Origin: Octopus sinensis
Lineage: Eukaryota
DNA length: 64,000 nt
Direction of reading: 5' to 3'
NCBI RefSeq assembly: GCF_006345805.1
Contig: NC_042999.1
Coordinates: 142,476,001-142,540,000 of the forward strand
In this document: positions 1 through 12,208 of the stretch, one piece after another
Numbering within the stretch: position 1 is the first letter of the stretch
Layout: each line of letters opens with the position of its first letter
The notes under the pieces: model-generated
What the model was told of the DNA's origin: nothing
Seen by the model: only the letters and a program-made list of their open reading frames with translations
The model's database searches: none
Program-made: the position numbers and the translations under genes

Positions 1-250
1 GTGTGGGCAATGAGGAGAGTGGACATGATCCAGTAGTAATTGGCCCTCAACTACTAATGTAGCTCAAAAAGATAGGTACAAATGTAAAGATAGAACATCG
101 ACAAAAATCATCATTGCTTGGAACTGCAAAGAATTCTTTGCAGGGTTCTTGAAGCATGACCAATAAACAGGTGTCACCTTAATCTGCTGGCTGTGGACAG
201 CTGACACTTTCCATCATGCCCAGCAAAATAAGCTGAGAGTTTTCAACTAA
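1..250 (+). mobile_element. Decayed 3' end of an R4/Dong-like (RLE) non-LTR retrotransposon followed by (TAA/CAA)n
   Basis: Manual translation across frameshifts gives VWAMRRVDM..VVIG..QKSSLLGTA..L.RVLEA*, matching the C-terminus of the intact R4-type ORFs at 3939-5489 and 5743-6429. A TAA/CAA tract follows. Confidence 0.65.
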
Positions 251-304
251 TAATAACAACAACAACAACAACAATAATAATAATAACAATAATAATAATA
301 ACTG

Positions 305-470
305 TTTCTAACATAGGCACAAGGTCTAAAATTTGAAGGTGGGGGGATAGTCAGTTAAATTACCCCTAGTATTTGTCTGGTATTTTATTTTATTGAACAT
401 GAAAGGATACAAGGCAAAGTTGATCTTGGTGGGATAGAACTCAGAGTATAAAGAGCTGGAACAAATATCA
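305..470 (-). mobile_element. Decayed SINE (family also at 7600-7800, 20430-21125 and 49320-49530)
   Basis: Shares the blocks ggcacaagg, ctggta-ttt-attt, gaaagga..aaaggcaaagt and gaactcaga with the other copies in the window. Confidence 0.55.
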
Positions 471-680
471 CTGTGACTAGCCAGAAAGATGAAGAGATTG
501 TAGAAGACAAAATTGACAATTGTCCCTGTGATAATTAGTGTATTTAGCACTGAAACTGCTTCCTAAGAAGCTGGGGGATATTGGAATTGAGATATGTATC
601 GTTAACCTGCAGAAACTGTATCTTGTATTCTGCAAAGATTCCAAAGAAATATTCCTGAGGTTGGAGGAGACTTGTCATCA
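470..680 (+). mobile_element. Second, older R4/Dong-like 3' fragment
   Basis: Translates to MKRL*KTKLTIVPVIISVF...IGIEICIVNLQK, matching the W..K..TIPVIVGA..LQK C-terminal motif. Confidence 0.45.
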
Positions 681-1220
681 AAACTTAAGAGAATATCTGT
701 GCTAATTAAATCAGTACGTAATAGCTTTTGGCAGGTATGATTAAAAATATGAAAAAAGAAGAAAAAACCCCCAAAACCATGGAAACCATACAAGGACTCA
801 CAACACTGCCTAAAAAATCTTTGCAAGGAACAGCCACATCCAATGCAAGACACTATCAATTCAATAGAATAGCTCACAATTCAACAGAATAACCCAAATA
901 ACAATCTTTGTACACAACACACCCTATGAAATAAGCACCAAATGATCTAAAATAACATTACTTACACAATATATGTTATACAAAACTAAGGCCCAGTGAA
1001 ATAACACAGCCTATGCTGCATTTGCCATTCAAAATAGAACATATACTAATATAACAAAAATCTAAACTCCATAACAAAACGGATTGATACAGTACACCAA
1101 CAGGGGGAATCTACACTCCTCCAATTCCCACAAAAAATAAGAACACACCTCAGAAGACATGGAGGTGTAGTAAGTGGTGGTGTAGAAACTCATGTGAAAC
1201 TACCAAGGAAAGAAAGAAAG

Positions 1221-1221
<1 letters not shown>

Positions 1222-1276
<55 letters not shown>

Positions 1277-1350
1277 TAATAATAATAATAAAAAATAATA
1301 ATAATAATAATAATATATAATAATAATAATAATAATAATATATAATAATA

Positions 1351-1382
<32 letters not shown>
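1222..1382. repeat. (TAA)n microsatellite; further tracts at about 1941-2072, 3488-3625, 5671-5690 and 6528-6557
   Basis: Directly visible. Each tract separates two inserted elements. Confidence 0.98.
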
Positions 1383-1385
<3 letters not shown>

Positions 1386-1940
1386 GCCCTGATGCAGTAC
1401 AAGGCAGTGGCTCTCATGGCTTCTGATCTTAACTGATTGGAAGTGTTATCATGTACATTGTTTTGTCTTGGTATAAAAGATGGGCTACAGCAAATATTCT
1501 GCTCAATACCACAGATTTGCTTGTCAGTTGTTTGACTTTAACCAGTTGAGCATGTCCCTTAGTGGCTGACGATATGTGCATCTCTGATCACGAGCAGAAG
1601 TAGTGGGGGAGCATCATAGCCATGTGTTGAGAGGGATTCTTTGGGGTTTGAATAATTCACCTCTGGAAACATGGGTGGTTTTTTTCAACATCCTTAAACA
1701 ACCCTTATTCAGGGACCTTTTGAGCAGGATGGGCTACTCAACCAAAAGAAAATTCTAACTGGGCCCCACCTGCAAGGTCATGTGCTGTTTATCTTTTTAT
1801 GAGATCACCATGTCGCGCACATATGGTTGTGATGCATGTGCCTGGTGTACCCTTATCAGACGGGTAGTCATGATGGGTATATTGGGCTTCGTATATTTTA
1901 CCCCAGTGTCACTTTGATGGCATGAACTGCTCTCTCACTC
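1383..1940 (+). mobile_element. Non-coding insert of about 560 bp bounded on both sides by (TAA)n; probable 3' UTR or non-autonomous partner of a TAA-targeting element
   Basis: Complex, more GC-rich sequence with sharp ends inside a TAA tract and no ORF. Its context is the same as that of the neighbouring Dong-like copies. The strand is assumed from the neighbours. Confidence 0.5.
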
Positions 1941-1956
1941 AATAATAATAATAATA

Positions 1957-2011
<55 letters not shown>

Positions 2012-2031
2012 TAATAATAATAATAATAATA

Positions 2032-2071
<40 letters not shown>

Positions 2072-2074
<3 letters not shown>

Positions 2075-3484
2075 GATGATCTAAAACTATACACTATGAA
2101 TGATAAACAGCTGGAAACACTACTACAGACTGTACATGGATTTACCAAAAAAATAAATATAAAATTTGGCTTAGAAAAATGTGCCAAAGCAAGCTTGAAA
2201 AGAGGAAAACTAGTTAAGAGTAGTAACATCACACTAGACAAAGAAAATAAAATAAGAGAATTTGACCAAAGCCAGACATACAAATATTTAGGAATCAATG
2301 AACTAGATACGATACAACACACATAAATAAAAGAGAAAATAAAGAAAGAATACTATAGACGAGTTAGATCAATACTGAAAACAGAGCCCAATGCTAAAAA
2401 CAAGATAATGGGTATCAATACTCTAGCCATCCCAGTTATAAGTTACAGCTACAATATCCTTAACTGGACACTAAATATACTAACCAAAATTGACAGGAAA
2501 ACAAGAAAAATAATGACAAGATTTAAGATGCACCACCCAAAATCTGACATAGAAAGGCTATATATACGATATATAGAAGGTGGTAGAGGCATTATACAGC
2601 TGGAAAACTATTATAAAATAACCACCATAGGACTGCAAAAATACCTACTTCAGAAGCAAGGAAAACTAATACAAATAGCCACAAAACACCAACAAAAATC
2701 CCAGCAATGGTTGAGAAGCGCAGGACTCAAAGCAGAGACTGAAGGAATTTTAATTGCAGCACAAAACCAAAGCCTCCCCACCAGAAATTACCAAAAACAT
2801 ATAATGAAAAGAAACATAAGTAACTGCAGAATATGTGGAGATGAACAAGAAACAGTAAATCATATTGTCTCTGGCTGCCCAGTCCTGGCTAAGAAGGAAT
2901 ATATTCACTGACATGAGAGTTGAGACCTACATACACTGGAAGCTATGCAAACACTATGGAATAACGACAGAAAAAAGATGGTATAAGCACATGCCAGAAA
3001 AGGTCAGAGAAAATGAGAAAGTAACCATACTATGGGATATGTCAATACACACAGACAGAGAAATTAAAGCCAATAGGCCAGATATAGTTGTCAGAGATCA
3101 TGAAGAAAAAATGCTTCTTAATTGATGTATCAATACCAGCAGATGACAACATTTCTCTAAAAGAAATGGAGAAACTTTTAAAATACAAAGACCTGGAAAT
3201 AGAGGTAACTTGAATGTGGAGACTAAAAAGAGAAACAATTCCTATCATAGTAGGCACATTAGGTATGATAAAAAATATTCAAACAAATACATAACAAAAC
3301 ACAAGGACTAACAAATATATAACATACAGAAAATAGCAGTACTTGGCACTGCACACATCCTATGTAAAATACTTTCAATACAGTAACCATCAGAGCATCA
3401 CAACAAATCACAGCACATACCCAAGGCACACAGAGCTGTGGTAGGTAGTGCAGTGAAAGCACACTATAAAAATAAGACTACTGA

Positions 3485-3485
<1 letters not shown>
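2072..3485 (+). mobile_element. R4/Dong-like retrotransposon, family A copy 1 (5'-truncated, stops and frameshifts, internal deletion)
   Basis: Starts at the RT (Y)IDDLKLY motif. Contains FGLEKCA, YKYLG, MHHPKSDIERLY..GGRG, the CRICG..ETVNHIVSGC zinc knuckle and RPDIVV (RLE). Its 3' UTR is near-identical to 6430-6528. Flanked by TAA tracts. Confidence 0.93.
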
Positions 3486-3550
<65 letters not shown>

Positions 3551-3570
3551 TGATGATGATGATGATGATG

Positions 3571-3625
<55 letters not shown>

Positions 3626-5670
3626 GGATTGACTACAAAAAGGCCTTCGACAGTATACCGCATCCATGGATCTTGAGATCGCTGGACATCTTCAAAATTT
3701 CCCCCGTGATTTCAAACTTCCTGAAGCACAATATGTCGTTGTGGAATACGAATCTCCAATTATACCACTCTAATGGAGTACTTGCCTCAGAAAATATAAA
3801 CATCAACTGTGGAATTTTCAAGGTGACTCACTTTCACCTTTAATATTCTGCATAGCCCTAATACCCCTTACAAGTGAATTAAACAGAACAGGGTATGGGT
3901 ATAAAATTGCCAATAAAAAAATAAGCCATCTATTTTATATGGATGACTTAAAACTTTATGGTAAAGACAATAATGAACTTGAAGGCCTATTGCGCACCGT
4001 GAAAGCATTCAGCGATGACATCGGGATGGAGTTTGGACTTGAGAAGTGTGCCAAGGCCACTTTCCAGAAAGGGAAAGTGAAGACCACATATTCAGTCGTG
4101 TTAGATGTTGACACAGTTATAAGAGAGCTGGAGCAAGAACAAACATACAAATATTTAGGGATAAATGAAGGCTCTGGTATTCAGCATGCAAGCATGAAAG
4201 AGAAAATCAGGAAGGAATGTTATAGGAGAGTTCGTGCAGTCCTGAAATCTGAACTAAATGCACGTAACAAGGTGTTAGCTATAAATTCCTTAGCAGTTCC
4301 AGTTGTTACTTATAGCTACAATGTGTTGAACTGGAATATGAGTGAAGTAAAGAATATAGATAGAAAAATACGCAAGCTGCTGAGTTGTAATAGGATGCAC
4401 CACCCAAAGGCAGACGTAGATCGCCTTTACCTTCCCAGAGCCCAAGGAGGTCGAGGCCTAATCCAATTTGAACTAGCTTACAAAACAACCACAATTGAAC
4501 TGGCCAAATATCTCGAAATATCGAATGACTGGATGCTAAAGCTCATGGAAAATCATGAGAGACGAAAGAAGCTTCATTCTATCATAAAGGAAAGCAAAAA
4601 ATTTGCTATTGATCTCGTGCAGGATACCCAAACTGAACAACCCGAGGGAAGTATGGCAACTATTGTTGCAAAGAAGGTGAAAATGATGGCAATGAAGAAA
4701 GTGCACGAGCAATTGGCTGATAGGTGGGAGGAGAAACCTCTGCACGGCAAATATGTGACCCGCAGCAAACAAGCTGATGTTGACCAGAAGCAAACCCATC
4801 AGTGGCTACGGAGCTCAGGGCTAAAAGCAGAGAGCGAAGGTTTCATCCTGGCTGCTCAAGATCAAAGCCTATTAACCCGGAACTACCAGGCCAATGTGAT
4901 GAAAAATGGAGCAGACCCCAAATGCCGATTCTGCAACGACATGATTGAAACAGTGGACCACCTAATCTCTGGATGTAAAGTCTTAGCACCAGTGGAGTAT
5001 AAATTAAGACATGACAGAGTTGGCCAATATCTACACTGGCTAATAAGTCGGCATTACAATATCAAAACTGCCGACAAGTGGTATAATCACCACCCTGAGG
5101 CTGTAACTGAAGGAGAAAATGTAACCATCCTGTTGGACTTTCCAGTACATACAGACCGAACCATCAAGGCCAATAAACCAGATATTGTTGTGAAAGACCA
5201 AAACAATAAAGTTTGCTTATTGATCGACATGAGCATCCCCTGTGATCATAATATCTCAGCGAAAGAGTTTGACAAGCTCAGAAAATATAAAGACCTACTC
5301 ATTGAAATTGAGAAAATGTGGCATCTCAAGGCGGTTACAATACCAGTGATCGTAGGAGCACTAGGAATGATCAAGAAGGGAACCGAAAATTATATGAGAA
5401 TGATCCCTGGCTTACCATCCCTGCAAGAAGTGCAAAAGATTGTCTTAACTGGTACATCACACGTATTGAGAAGAGCATTGTCGATGTGAGAACTGTTGCT
5501 GCTCATGTATTTTAATTTAACTTTAAAAAAAAAAAAAAAAAAAAAAAATTAACGAACTACTGAGTTTGGTTTAATGGCCTACCAATGTATACTATGAGTT
5601 TCTTTGCCCTAGGAGTCGGGAAGACACTCGGCAAGAAATGGAAGCAAATTTGAAAGAAGAAGAAAAAAAG
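3626..5670 (+). mobile_element. R4/Dong-like retrotransposon, family B (5'-truncated, young; RT, CCHC knuckle and restriction-like endonuclease)
   Basis: IDYKKAFDSIPH at 3628. GIF(Q)GDSLSP is broken by a 1-nt frameshift near 3819. YMDDLKLY then opens a frame to the stop at 5489 that contains CRFC..ETVDHLISGC, RHD, KPDIVV..IDMSIP and KY. The 3' UTR ends at a TAA tract. Confidence 0.95.
3939..5489 (+). CDS. Open C-terminal 516 codons of the R4/Dong ORF (RT domains 5-7, thumb, zinc knuckle, RLE); part of a truncated element, not a host gene
   Basis: ORF track and the motifs listed for 3626-5670. The 'start' Met is the M of YMDD. Confidence 0.85.
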   Translation: MDDLKLYGKDNNELEGLLRTVKAFSDDIGMEFGLEKCAKATFQKGKVKTTYSVVLDVDTVIRELEQEQTYKYLGINEGSGIQHASMKEKIRKECYRRVRAVLKSELNARNKVLAINSLAVPVVTYSYNVLNWNMSEVKNIDRKIRKLLSCNRMHHPKADVDRLYLPRAQGGRGLIQFELAYKTTTIELAKYLEISNDWMLKLMENHERRKKLHSIIKESKKFAIDLVQDTQTEQPEGSMATIVAKKVKMMAMKKVHEQLADRWEEKPLHGKYVTRSKQADVDQKQTHQWLRSSGLKAESEGFILAAQDQSLLTRNYQANVMKNGADPKCRFCNDMIETVDHLISGCKVLAPVEYKLRHDRVGQYLHWLISRHYNIKTADKWYNHHPEAVTEGENVTILLDFPVHTDRTIKANKPDIVVKDQNNKVCLLIDMSIPCDHNISAKEFDKLRKYKDLLIEIEKMWHLKAVTIPVIVGALGMIKKGTENYMRMIPGLPSLQEVQKIVLTGTSHVLRRALSM

Positions 5671-5690
5671 TAATAATAATAATAATAATA

Positions 5691-6523
5691 CTGGACTAAA
5701 CTAAACGCAAAAGAAATAGACAAAGAAAAATCCCAGCAATGGTTGAGAAGCTCAGGACTCAAAGCAGAGACTGAAGGAATTTTAATTGCAGCACAAAACC
5801 AAAGCCTCCCCACCAGAAAGTACCAAAAACTTGTAATGAAAAGAAATATAACAAGTAACTGCAGAATATGTGGAGATGGACAAGAAACAATAAATCATAT
5901 TATCTCTGGCTGCCCAGTCCTGGCTAAGAAGGAATATATTCACAGACATGACAGAGTTGGAACCTACATACACTGGAAGCTATGCCAACATTATGGAATA
6001 ACAACAGAAAAAAGATGGTATAGGCACACACCAGAAAAGGTCAGAGAAAATGAGAAAGCAACCATACTCTGGGATATGCCGATACACACAGATAGAAAAA
6101 TTAAGGCTAACAGACCAGATATAGTTGTCAGAGATCATGAAGAAAAAAAATGCTTTCTAATTGATGTATCAATACCGGCAGATGACAACGCGTCTCTAAA
6201 AGAAATGGAGAAACTTTCAAAATACAAAGACCTGGAAATAGAGGTAACCAGAATGTGGAATCTAAAAACAGAAACAATTCCTATCATAGTAGGTGCATTA
6301 GGCATGATAAAAAAATATTCAGACAAATACATAACAAAAACACCAGGACTTACAAATACATATAACATACAGAAAATTGCACTATTAGGCACAGCACACA
6401 TCCTACGCAGAACACTTTCCATACAATAACCATCAGAGCATCACAACAAATCACAGCACATACCTAAGGCACACAGAGCTGTGCTAGGTAGTGAAGTGAA
6501 AGCGCGCTATAAAAATAAAACTA

Positions 6524-6528
<5 letters not shown>
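5691..6528 (+). mobile_element. R4/Dong-like family A copy 2 (3' 840 bp; knuckle and RLE frame intact)
   Basis: ORF 5743-6429 contains CRICG..HIISGC, RHD, RPDIVV and IDVSIP, and is highly similar to 2695-3485. TAA tracts on both sides. Confidence 0.95.
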
Positions 6529-6558
<30 letters not shown>

Positions 6559-6809
6559 TAATAGCAATACTTTCTGAATGTCCAAATCCGTCTCACACAC
6601 TCTACCACAACAAACCAAACTACATCTCTTCTCTTCCTCACATTTCCACTCCATGCACTAGGCTTACCTCCCACTCCCCAATCCTGTCCTCTTGGCCCTG
6701 TACCACTGTATCATTGCTATCCGCTAGCTTCCAAACTGCATGTTCCACCCACGCCTTGACTCATTGTATGCCTGGCACTTTGCCACCATCTCTATCCTAC
6801 TGTATCCCT

Positions 6810-6889
6810 CTCTCTCCTTCACTTCCTTCAGGTTGGGTGACCATGTATTTCCTTTGCAGCAGTGCATCTGTTTCTGTCTTTATTCCTGA

Positions 6890-6925
<36 letters not shown>

Positions 6926-7383
6926 CGGCCGGGTAACCTTGTACCTCCTCTGCAGGAAGACACCTGTTTCTGTTTCTCTGCCTCACTACAATTTTTCATC
7001 ATCTCCTCCAATGCCCTCTCCCCTCTCAAAAGAGTTTTTTTGTTTGTTTTGCTAGTTCTTGGTGACCCCGTCAGTGCAGGTGCCACTTAAAAGCATCCAG
7101 TCCACACTGTAAAGACGTTGGCATTTGGAAGGGTATCCAGCTGTAAAACCTTGCCAAAACTGACCTCAGCTGTGTTTGTGCCACATAAAAAGCATGAAGT
7201 CCACTCTGCTGAGGAAGAGCATCCAGCTGTAAAGATCCTGCCAAAACAGTTACAGAAGTCTTGGTGCAAGGCTTCTGCCTGGTTGGCTCTTGTCAAGCTG
7301 TCCTACCCATGCCAACATGGGTGGGACAATTTGAGAGACATAAACAGGTGTCTTGCTGCAGAGGAGGCACAAGGTTATCCAGC

Positions 7384-7471
<88 letters not shown>

Positions 7472-7550
7472 AGAAATAAAGACAGAAATAGATGCACTAC
7501 TGCAAAAGAAATACATTGTTACCCAGCCTGAGGGAAGTGCAGGAGAAGGA
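6810..7550. repeat. Inverted repeat pair (about 6810-6980 vs 7333-7550), each arm carrying a (CT/AG)n tract, around a SINE/RTE-tail fragment
   Basis: cttccttcaggttgggtgaccatgtatttcctttgcagcagtgcatct...ccggccgggtaaccttgtacctcctctgcaggaagacacctgttt is the reverse complement, with scattered mismatches, of 7343-7540. Confidence 0.85.
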
Positions 7551-7929
7551 GAAAGAAAGAGAAGTGCCCGTAAAATGATGATGATGATGATGATGATGAT
7601 TATGACAAGCACAAGGCCAGAAATTTAGGGTGGAAACAGTTGCTGATTATTGACTCCAGTACTTCGTTGATATTTTATTTTATTGGGCCTGTAAGGATGA
7701 AAAACAAATTTGATCTAGGCAGGATTTGAACTCAAAATATAATGAAGAGGAAGAAATAGCACAAGGTATTTTTCTGGCATTAATGATTCTGCCAACTTCT
7801 CACACTTTCTGCCTGCCTCTACCCTAAAAGAATTAACTGCGATAAGGTTGTAGAAATATCTAGAAAAACACAACCTACTGCCAAAAGAGCAGAAGGGATG
7901 CTGCAAAGTTTCATATGAAAGATTAATAA

Positions 7930-8237
7930 CTGATGAACATAAGTTTTAACTAGAAACTGCAAAATGGGAAATAAAGATCTAAACATAGCATGGGTTGATT
8001 TTCAGAAGATTTAGATAGTATTTTGCACACAGGGATCCCAGAAACACTAGCCATGAGTAAAGTAGCATCAGTACTAAATAAGACACTTTAATCAAATCAT
8101 GGAGTAACTGGCAAACAATTTTGTAGATATAAACAAAAAGAAGAAATTATATATATGAAACCCATCCACATTACAAGAGGACTCCATCTGTCTATCTGTC
8201 TGTCTGCCAGCCTGCCTGCCTGCCTGCCTGCTTGCCA

Positions 8238-8272
<35 letters not shown>

Positions 8273-8763
8273 CCTCTCTCCCCACTCCTTTTCCACCTCA
8301 AGCTGACACATTTAACTTAAATGTTATATAATACTGGACAGAGCTGATAGATACAATAACCACCAGCCTAATGCAACAGAAGAAAATGAAAAAGTTGAAA
8401 GATTTCAACATTTAAGGTAATCATATGATTGAGGCCTGAAGATAGATATTGTTATCATTCATCTACAAAATGTAAAAGTACTGCTCAATAATTGATATGG
8501 CATCTCCAGGTGGCAACAGAGTGTGTTGCGCAGGAGCAAGAAAAACACAGAAATATCAAAATTTAAAAAGTGAAGTTGTCAAGGTGTGGAGCATGGAAAG
8601 AATTGAAATTGTGCCAGTAGTGGTGGTGGTCACTGTTTGTCATCATCATAAAACAATGAAATCACGGAGGAAGAAGATTGGTATTGAAATTCGTTCAGAA
8701 TTATTAAAGAAAACTGCATTGCTAGTAACTACAAGAATCCTAAAGAAGGTGTTTGGAAATTGA
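7930..8763 (+). mobile_element. Old fragmented R4/Dong-like element
   Basis: IAWVDFQK..DS near 7985. ORF 8497-8763 has (ID)MASPG..KYQNLKSEVVKVW..IEIVPVVV..LLKKTALLVTTRILKKVF, the RLE C-terminus. Confidence 0.7.
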
Positions 8764-8981
8764 ATTGATGAAAACAATAAGGTTGAATTCTATTTCATCC
8801 TTTACTCTGGAGGGTTCCAAAGGGCGATTTCTAACAAAGATTCTTCATATTTTGTTGGTAGCTTACTGGCATAAGATTTTTCGAATATGAAATCATTAAT
8901 TCTTTTCAAATTTTCTCCATCTTTAACAATTTGTTGAGTTTCTATGGGATACCTTTCCATAAATTCTCATAACACACCATA

Positions 8982-9400
8982 TCTCTTATATAAAATCCAT
9001 TCTGTCTGTCTGTCTGTCTGTCTGTGTGCATGGCTTCTAGGATCTCGGGCATCCTCCATCTGATTGAGCCCAAATTTGATATGTAGATACTGACGGTATC
9101 AGGGCGTGTATAAGTCTTGAAAAAATTACAAAAATCGATTCCAGGTGAGAATGCGATAGATAAAGCCATGGGAAATCGTTTTTCTTTGGAATAGAAAAAA
9201 AGTCTATCTTTATTTCTTTTTTTTGCTGGTGTCTCAAATTTAGGTTAAATCAGTGTTTCTCAAAGGGGAGGTCTATGGGACGGTTGGACAAGTTGTTTTG
9301 AGAAAATTTGCTTTAATAGGTCAAAAAGAAGGTTATTTTTGGATTCAGGAGACTGATTTTGTATAGGAATGATGTCTATTTCCTAAACACCAAAAACCTT
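8982..9400 (+). mobile_element. Non-autonomous Helitron-like element, copy 1
   Basis: 5' a|TCTcttatataaaa, then (GTCT)n and a gatt..aaatttg motif, as in Helitron-N/DINE-like elements. A second copy lies at 47180. The 3' end was not located. Confidence 0.5.
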
Positions 9401-9479
9401 GTAGATTAGTGTAATCAAATGTAACATTTTCGCAAACTGAAGATTTAAGAAAAAAAAACTGTCAACATTGTGATGGGAG

Positions 9480-11000
9480 TTGGTTATGAACTGGTGATGA
9501 GCACATCTGGAACTGGAGTTATGTATGAGAATGGTGCGAGGTTGGCAGACATCTGCCTTCCCACAACTTGTATGGGGTCTGTGTTCCCAAACAAAGAGAT
9601 GCAAAAGGTAAACTGGGTGTCATAAGATGGCATCACAGAAAACCAGATAAAGCATTTCTGCATTTCCTTCAGATCAATGATGGACATTGGTGGGAAGAGG
9701 GGTAATGATGTGGTATCTGATCATTACTTCTTGGTTGTCCACAAGTAACTGAAGCTGAAAAAATACACAAATTACAAGTCAGAGAGAATGAAGTTCAGAT
9801 TCAAGTTTTGCAGACTCAGGACACCTACAGGCAATTCAACCTGAAACTGAAAAACAAGATCGAAATGCTTAGCCAAATACATTCTAATACAGAAGACCTG
9901 CTTTCTGGTTGAAAAAAAAAATTCAAAGAAGTTGTGATCTCAACATGTAAGGCAACAGGATGTGTGAAGCAACAGCACAAAGATATCAACACAGATCTCC
10001 AAGAATAGATACCTGCAAGGATATCCCTACTAAGGAAGACTGAGGCTAGAATCTTTAGGAAGTCACGGTCAATGTGAGCAGAACAAGAAATACCAATGCT
10101 ACCGCCTGAGAGGCTTACTTGAAGGCTAACAATGAAGTCTTGAATAGCATCCAAGTAGATAGGTGCCAGTGTGATGACTTGCAGATGGAAATTATCACTG
10201 CATCTAAAAGTAGTAACATGAAGAAGCTTTATGACACTATAAGGAAGCTGAATGACAAACAACAAGGAAAAAACTGCCCTGTTTGTGACAGCAAAAGTAA
10301 CATCATTGTTGGCATGGATATGCTGCTGGACCGATGGGCAGAATAATTTGTAGAGCTCAATAGACCAGCTCCAGCAAACTCTCCAGACACCAGAGGCTGA
10401 AGTGGAACTATTCATCAATTGTGAATCACCACACCAGGCCAAGATCTGAAAAGCTAAAATATCTCTAAATAGCAACAGAGCAGAGGGACCAGATGACATT
10501 CATGCAGAAACCCTCAAGGCCAACCCTGAGGTGACAATGAACAAGGAAAAGTTCCCCACCTAATCAAAATAAGGCTAACTTATGAAGCTTCTATAGAACA
10601 ATGTTAATAAATGACAAACTACTGTGGAATAAAGTTGCTATCATTCCTGGGAAAGCTTTCAACTAAATTATCAAAGAAACACAAGGTACCTGCCTATAGA
10701 AAAAGCAAGAAAGATTTCAGTTCATATACAGTTCCTTGTATCTAAACTTCTAAGGCTATGAGAACACTTTTGATAGCAAAGACTATGGAAACATTTTTGA
10801 TTGTGTGCACTGATTGTGAGACTTTGTGGAGAGTGATGAGGCACTATGACTGCACAGAAAACTGTGGAGATTGTCCTGGAATGATGAAGGAATGTCCTGA
10901 AAGACACTCTGTGATGAAAGCTTGATAGGGAATATTTGATCTCCTCTGTTATTCTTGGTGGTGATCAACAGGATGATGAAGACCACCAGACAGGAGAACC
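9480..11000 (+). mobile_element. Decayed RTE-clade LINE (APE C-terminal half to RT domain 4)
   Basis: NGARLADIC, FPNKEMQKVNWVS.DGITENQI.H, DVVSDHY (APE motifs), GPDDIHAETLK, ETLWRVMRHY and ISPLLFLVVINRMM, with many stops and frameshifts. Confidence 0.8.
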
Positions 11001-11784
11001 AGCTTTCAGTGGACCATGTAGAACTGGCTTGAAAATTTTGATTATGCAGATAACTGTGTACTGTTCTCTTACATTGAACATCAAATGCAAAAAAATAACC
11101 ACTCTCTATGAAATATCTGCAAAAGTTACTTTAGAAGAGCCAATACATGTTAAGAATGATCAATGCACCTTCACACACACACACACGCACGCATGCGCGC
11201 GCACACACACACATGCATGCACGCATGCACACAGGCACACACACATGCGCACACACACACACTCTTTGCTATGCTTACTTTTATTCGTTTGTTTCTATAC
11301 ACATTTTTTCTCTCTGTCCTTTGTTTATACTGTTTTCCATCTGAATGTCTGTCTGCTTGAATTATCATTTTTGTTATAAACATTATGTTCTACTCATGTG
11401 AAATATAGTTACATGAACAACAATGTTCACAAAACTCTGAGTAGGAAAAATTCCATTATACAATAAATAGAAATAAACACTATTGAAATGTTTGTTTAGA
11501 ACTTTTCTGCTCTACCAAGAAATGAAAAGAACAAAGTTGGGAAATGGCAAATGAAACAGCATCATCAGGCAGATGAAGTTGAGGAATAAAGAAACATGTT
11601 CATGCCTGCCTTTGAGAAACCTTTAAAGAAAAGAAATACTGTTACAATCAGTATAACCTTCTGGTTAATTTATATACAGATTGCATTTTGAGCTCTATTG
11701 TTTTTCTGAGCAGGTAATTAGATGGTTTTGTAAATTGTTAATTTCTATTTTTAATGAGAAATGCTATTTGTTCTAGATTATCAA

Positions 11785-12208
11785 TTAACCTTTTCAGACC
11801 TGAATTATTTCTTAACATGGTAAAACTGTTTGCATGATTTAAAATAAATCATGTGATGCACTGTTAAAAACAGTATAATGGCTTGAAAAGATATACAGGC
11901 TATGGTCAGAATTTTATAAAATTTTGAAAGTAATTTGTCCAAAGTTTGATGTGACATGAAACTGCAAAGGAATATAAAATATAACTTCCTGTAAATTTTA
12001 GTTAGATATGGCTTGGTTTGACAGAGCTATAACATTCAGTAGATATAATCTGTTAAAAAATCAAGTGAAGTGAGAATATGACTGTCTGTGCACTCTCGTA
12101 TAGAAACATCATGTTATTATCTAGATACCTATTCTAAACTCTTTACAACATAAGATACTTAAATATTAATACTTAAATATTCATGTATTAAAGTTCTGAA
12201 TGGGTTAA
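11785..12208. mobile_element. Possible TTAA-flanked piggyBac-type MITE remnant
   Basis: TTAA-ccttttcagacctg at the left and aagttctgaatggg-TTAA at the right; the imperfect TIR matches at 10/14. Confidence 0.3.
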
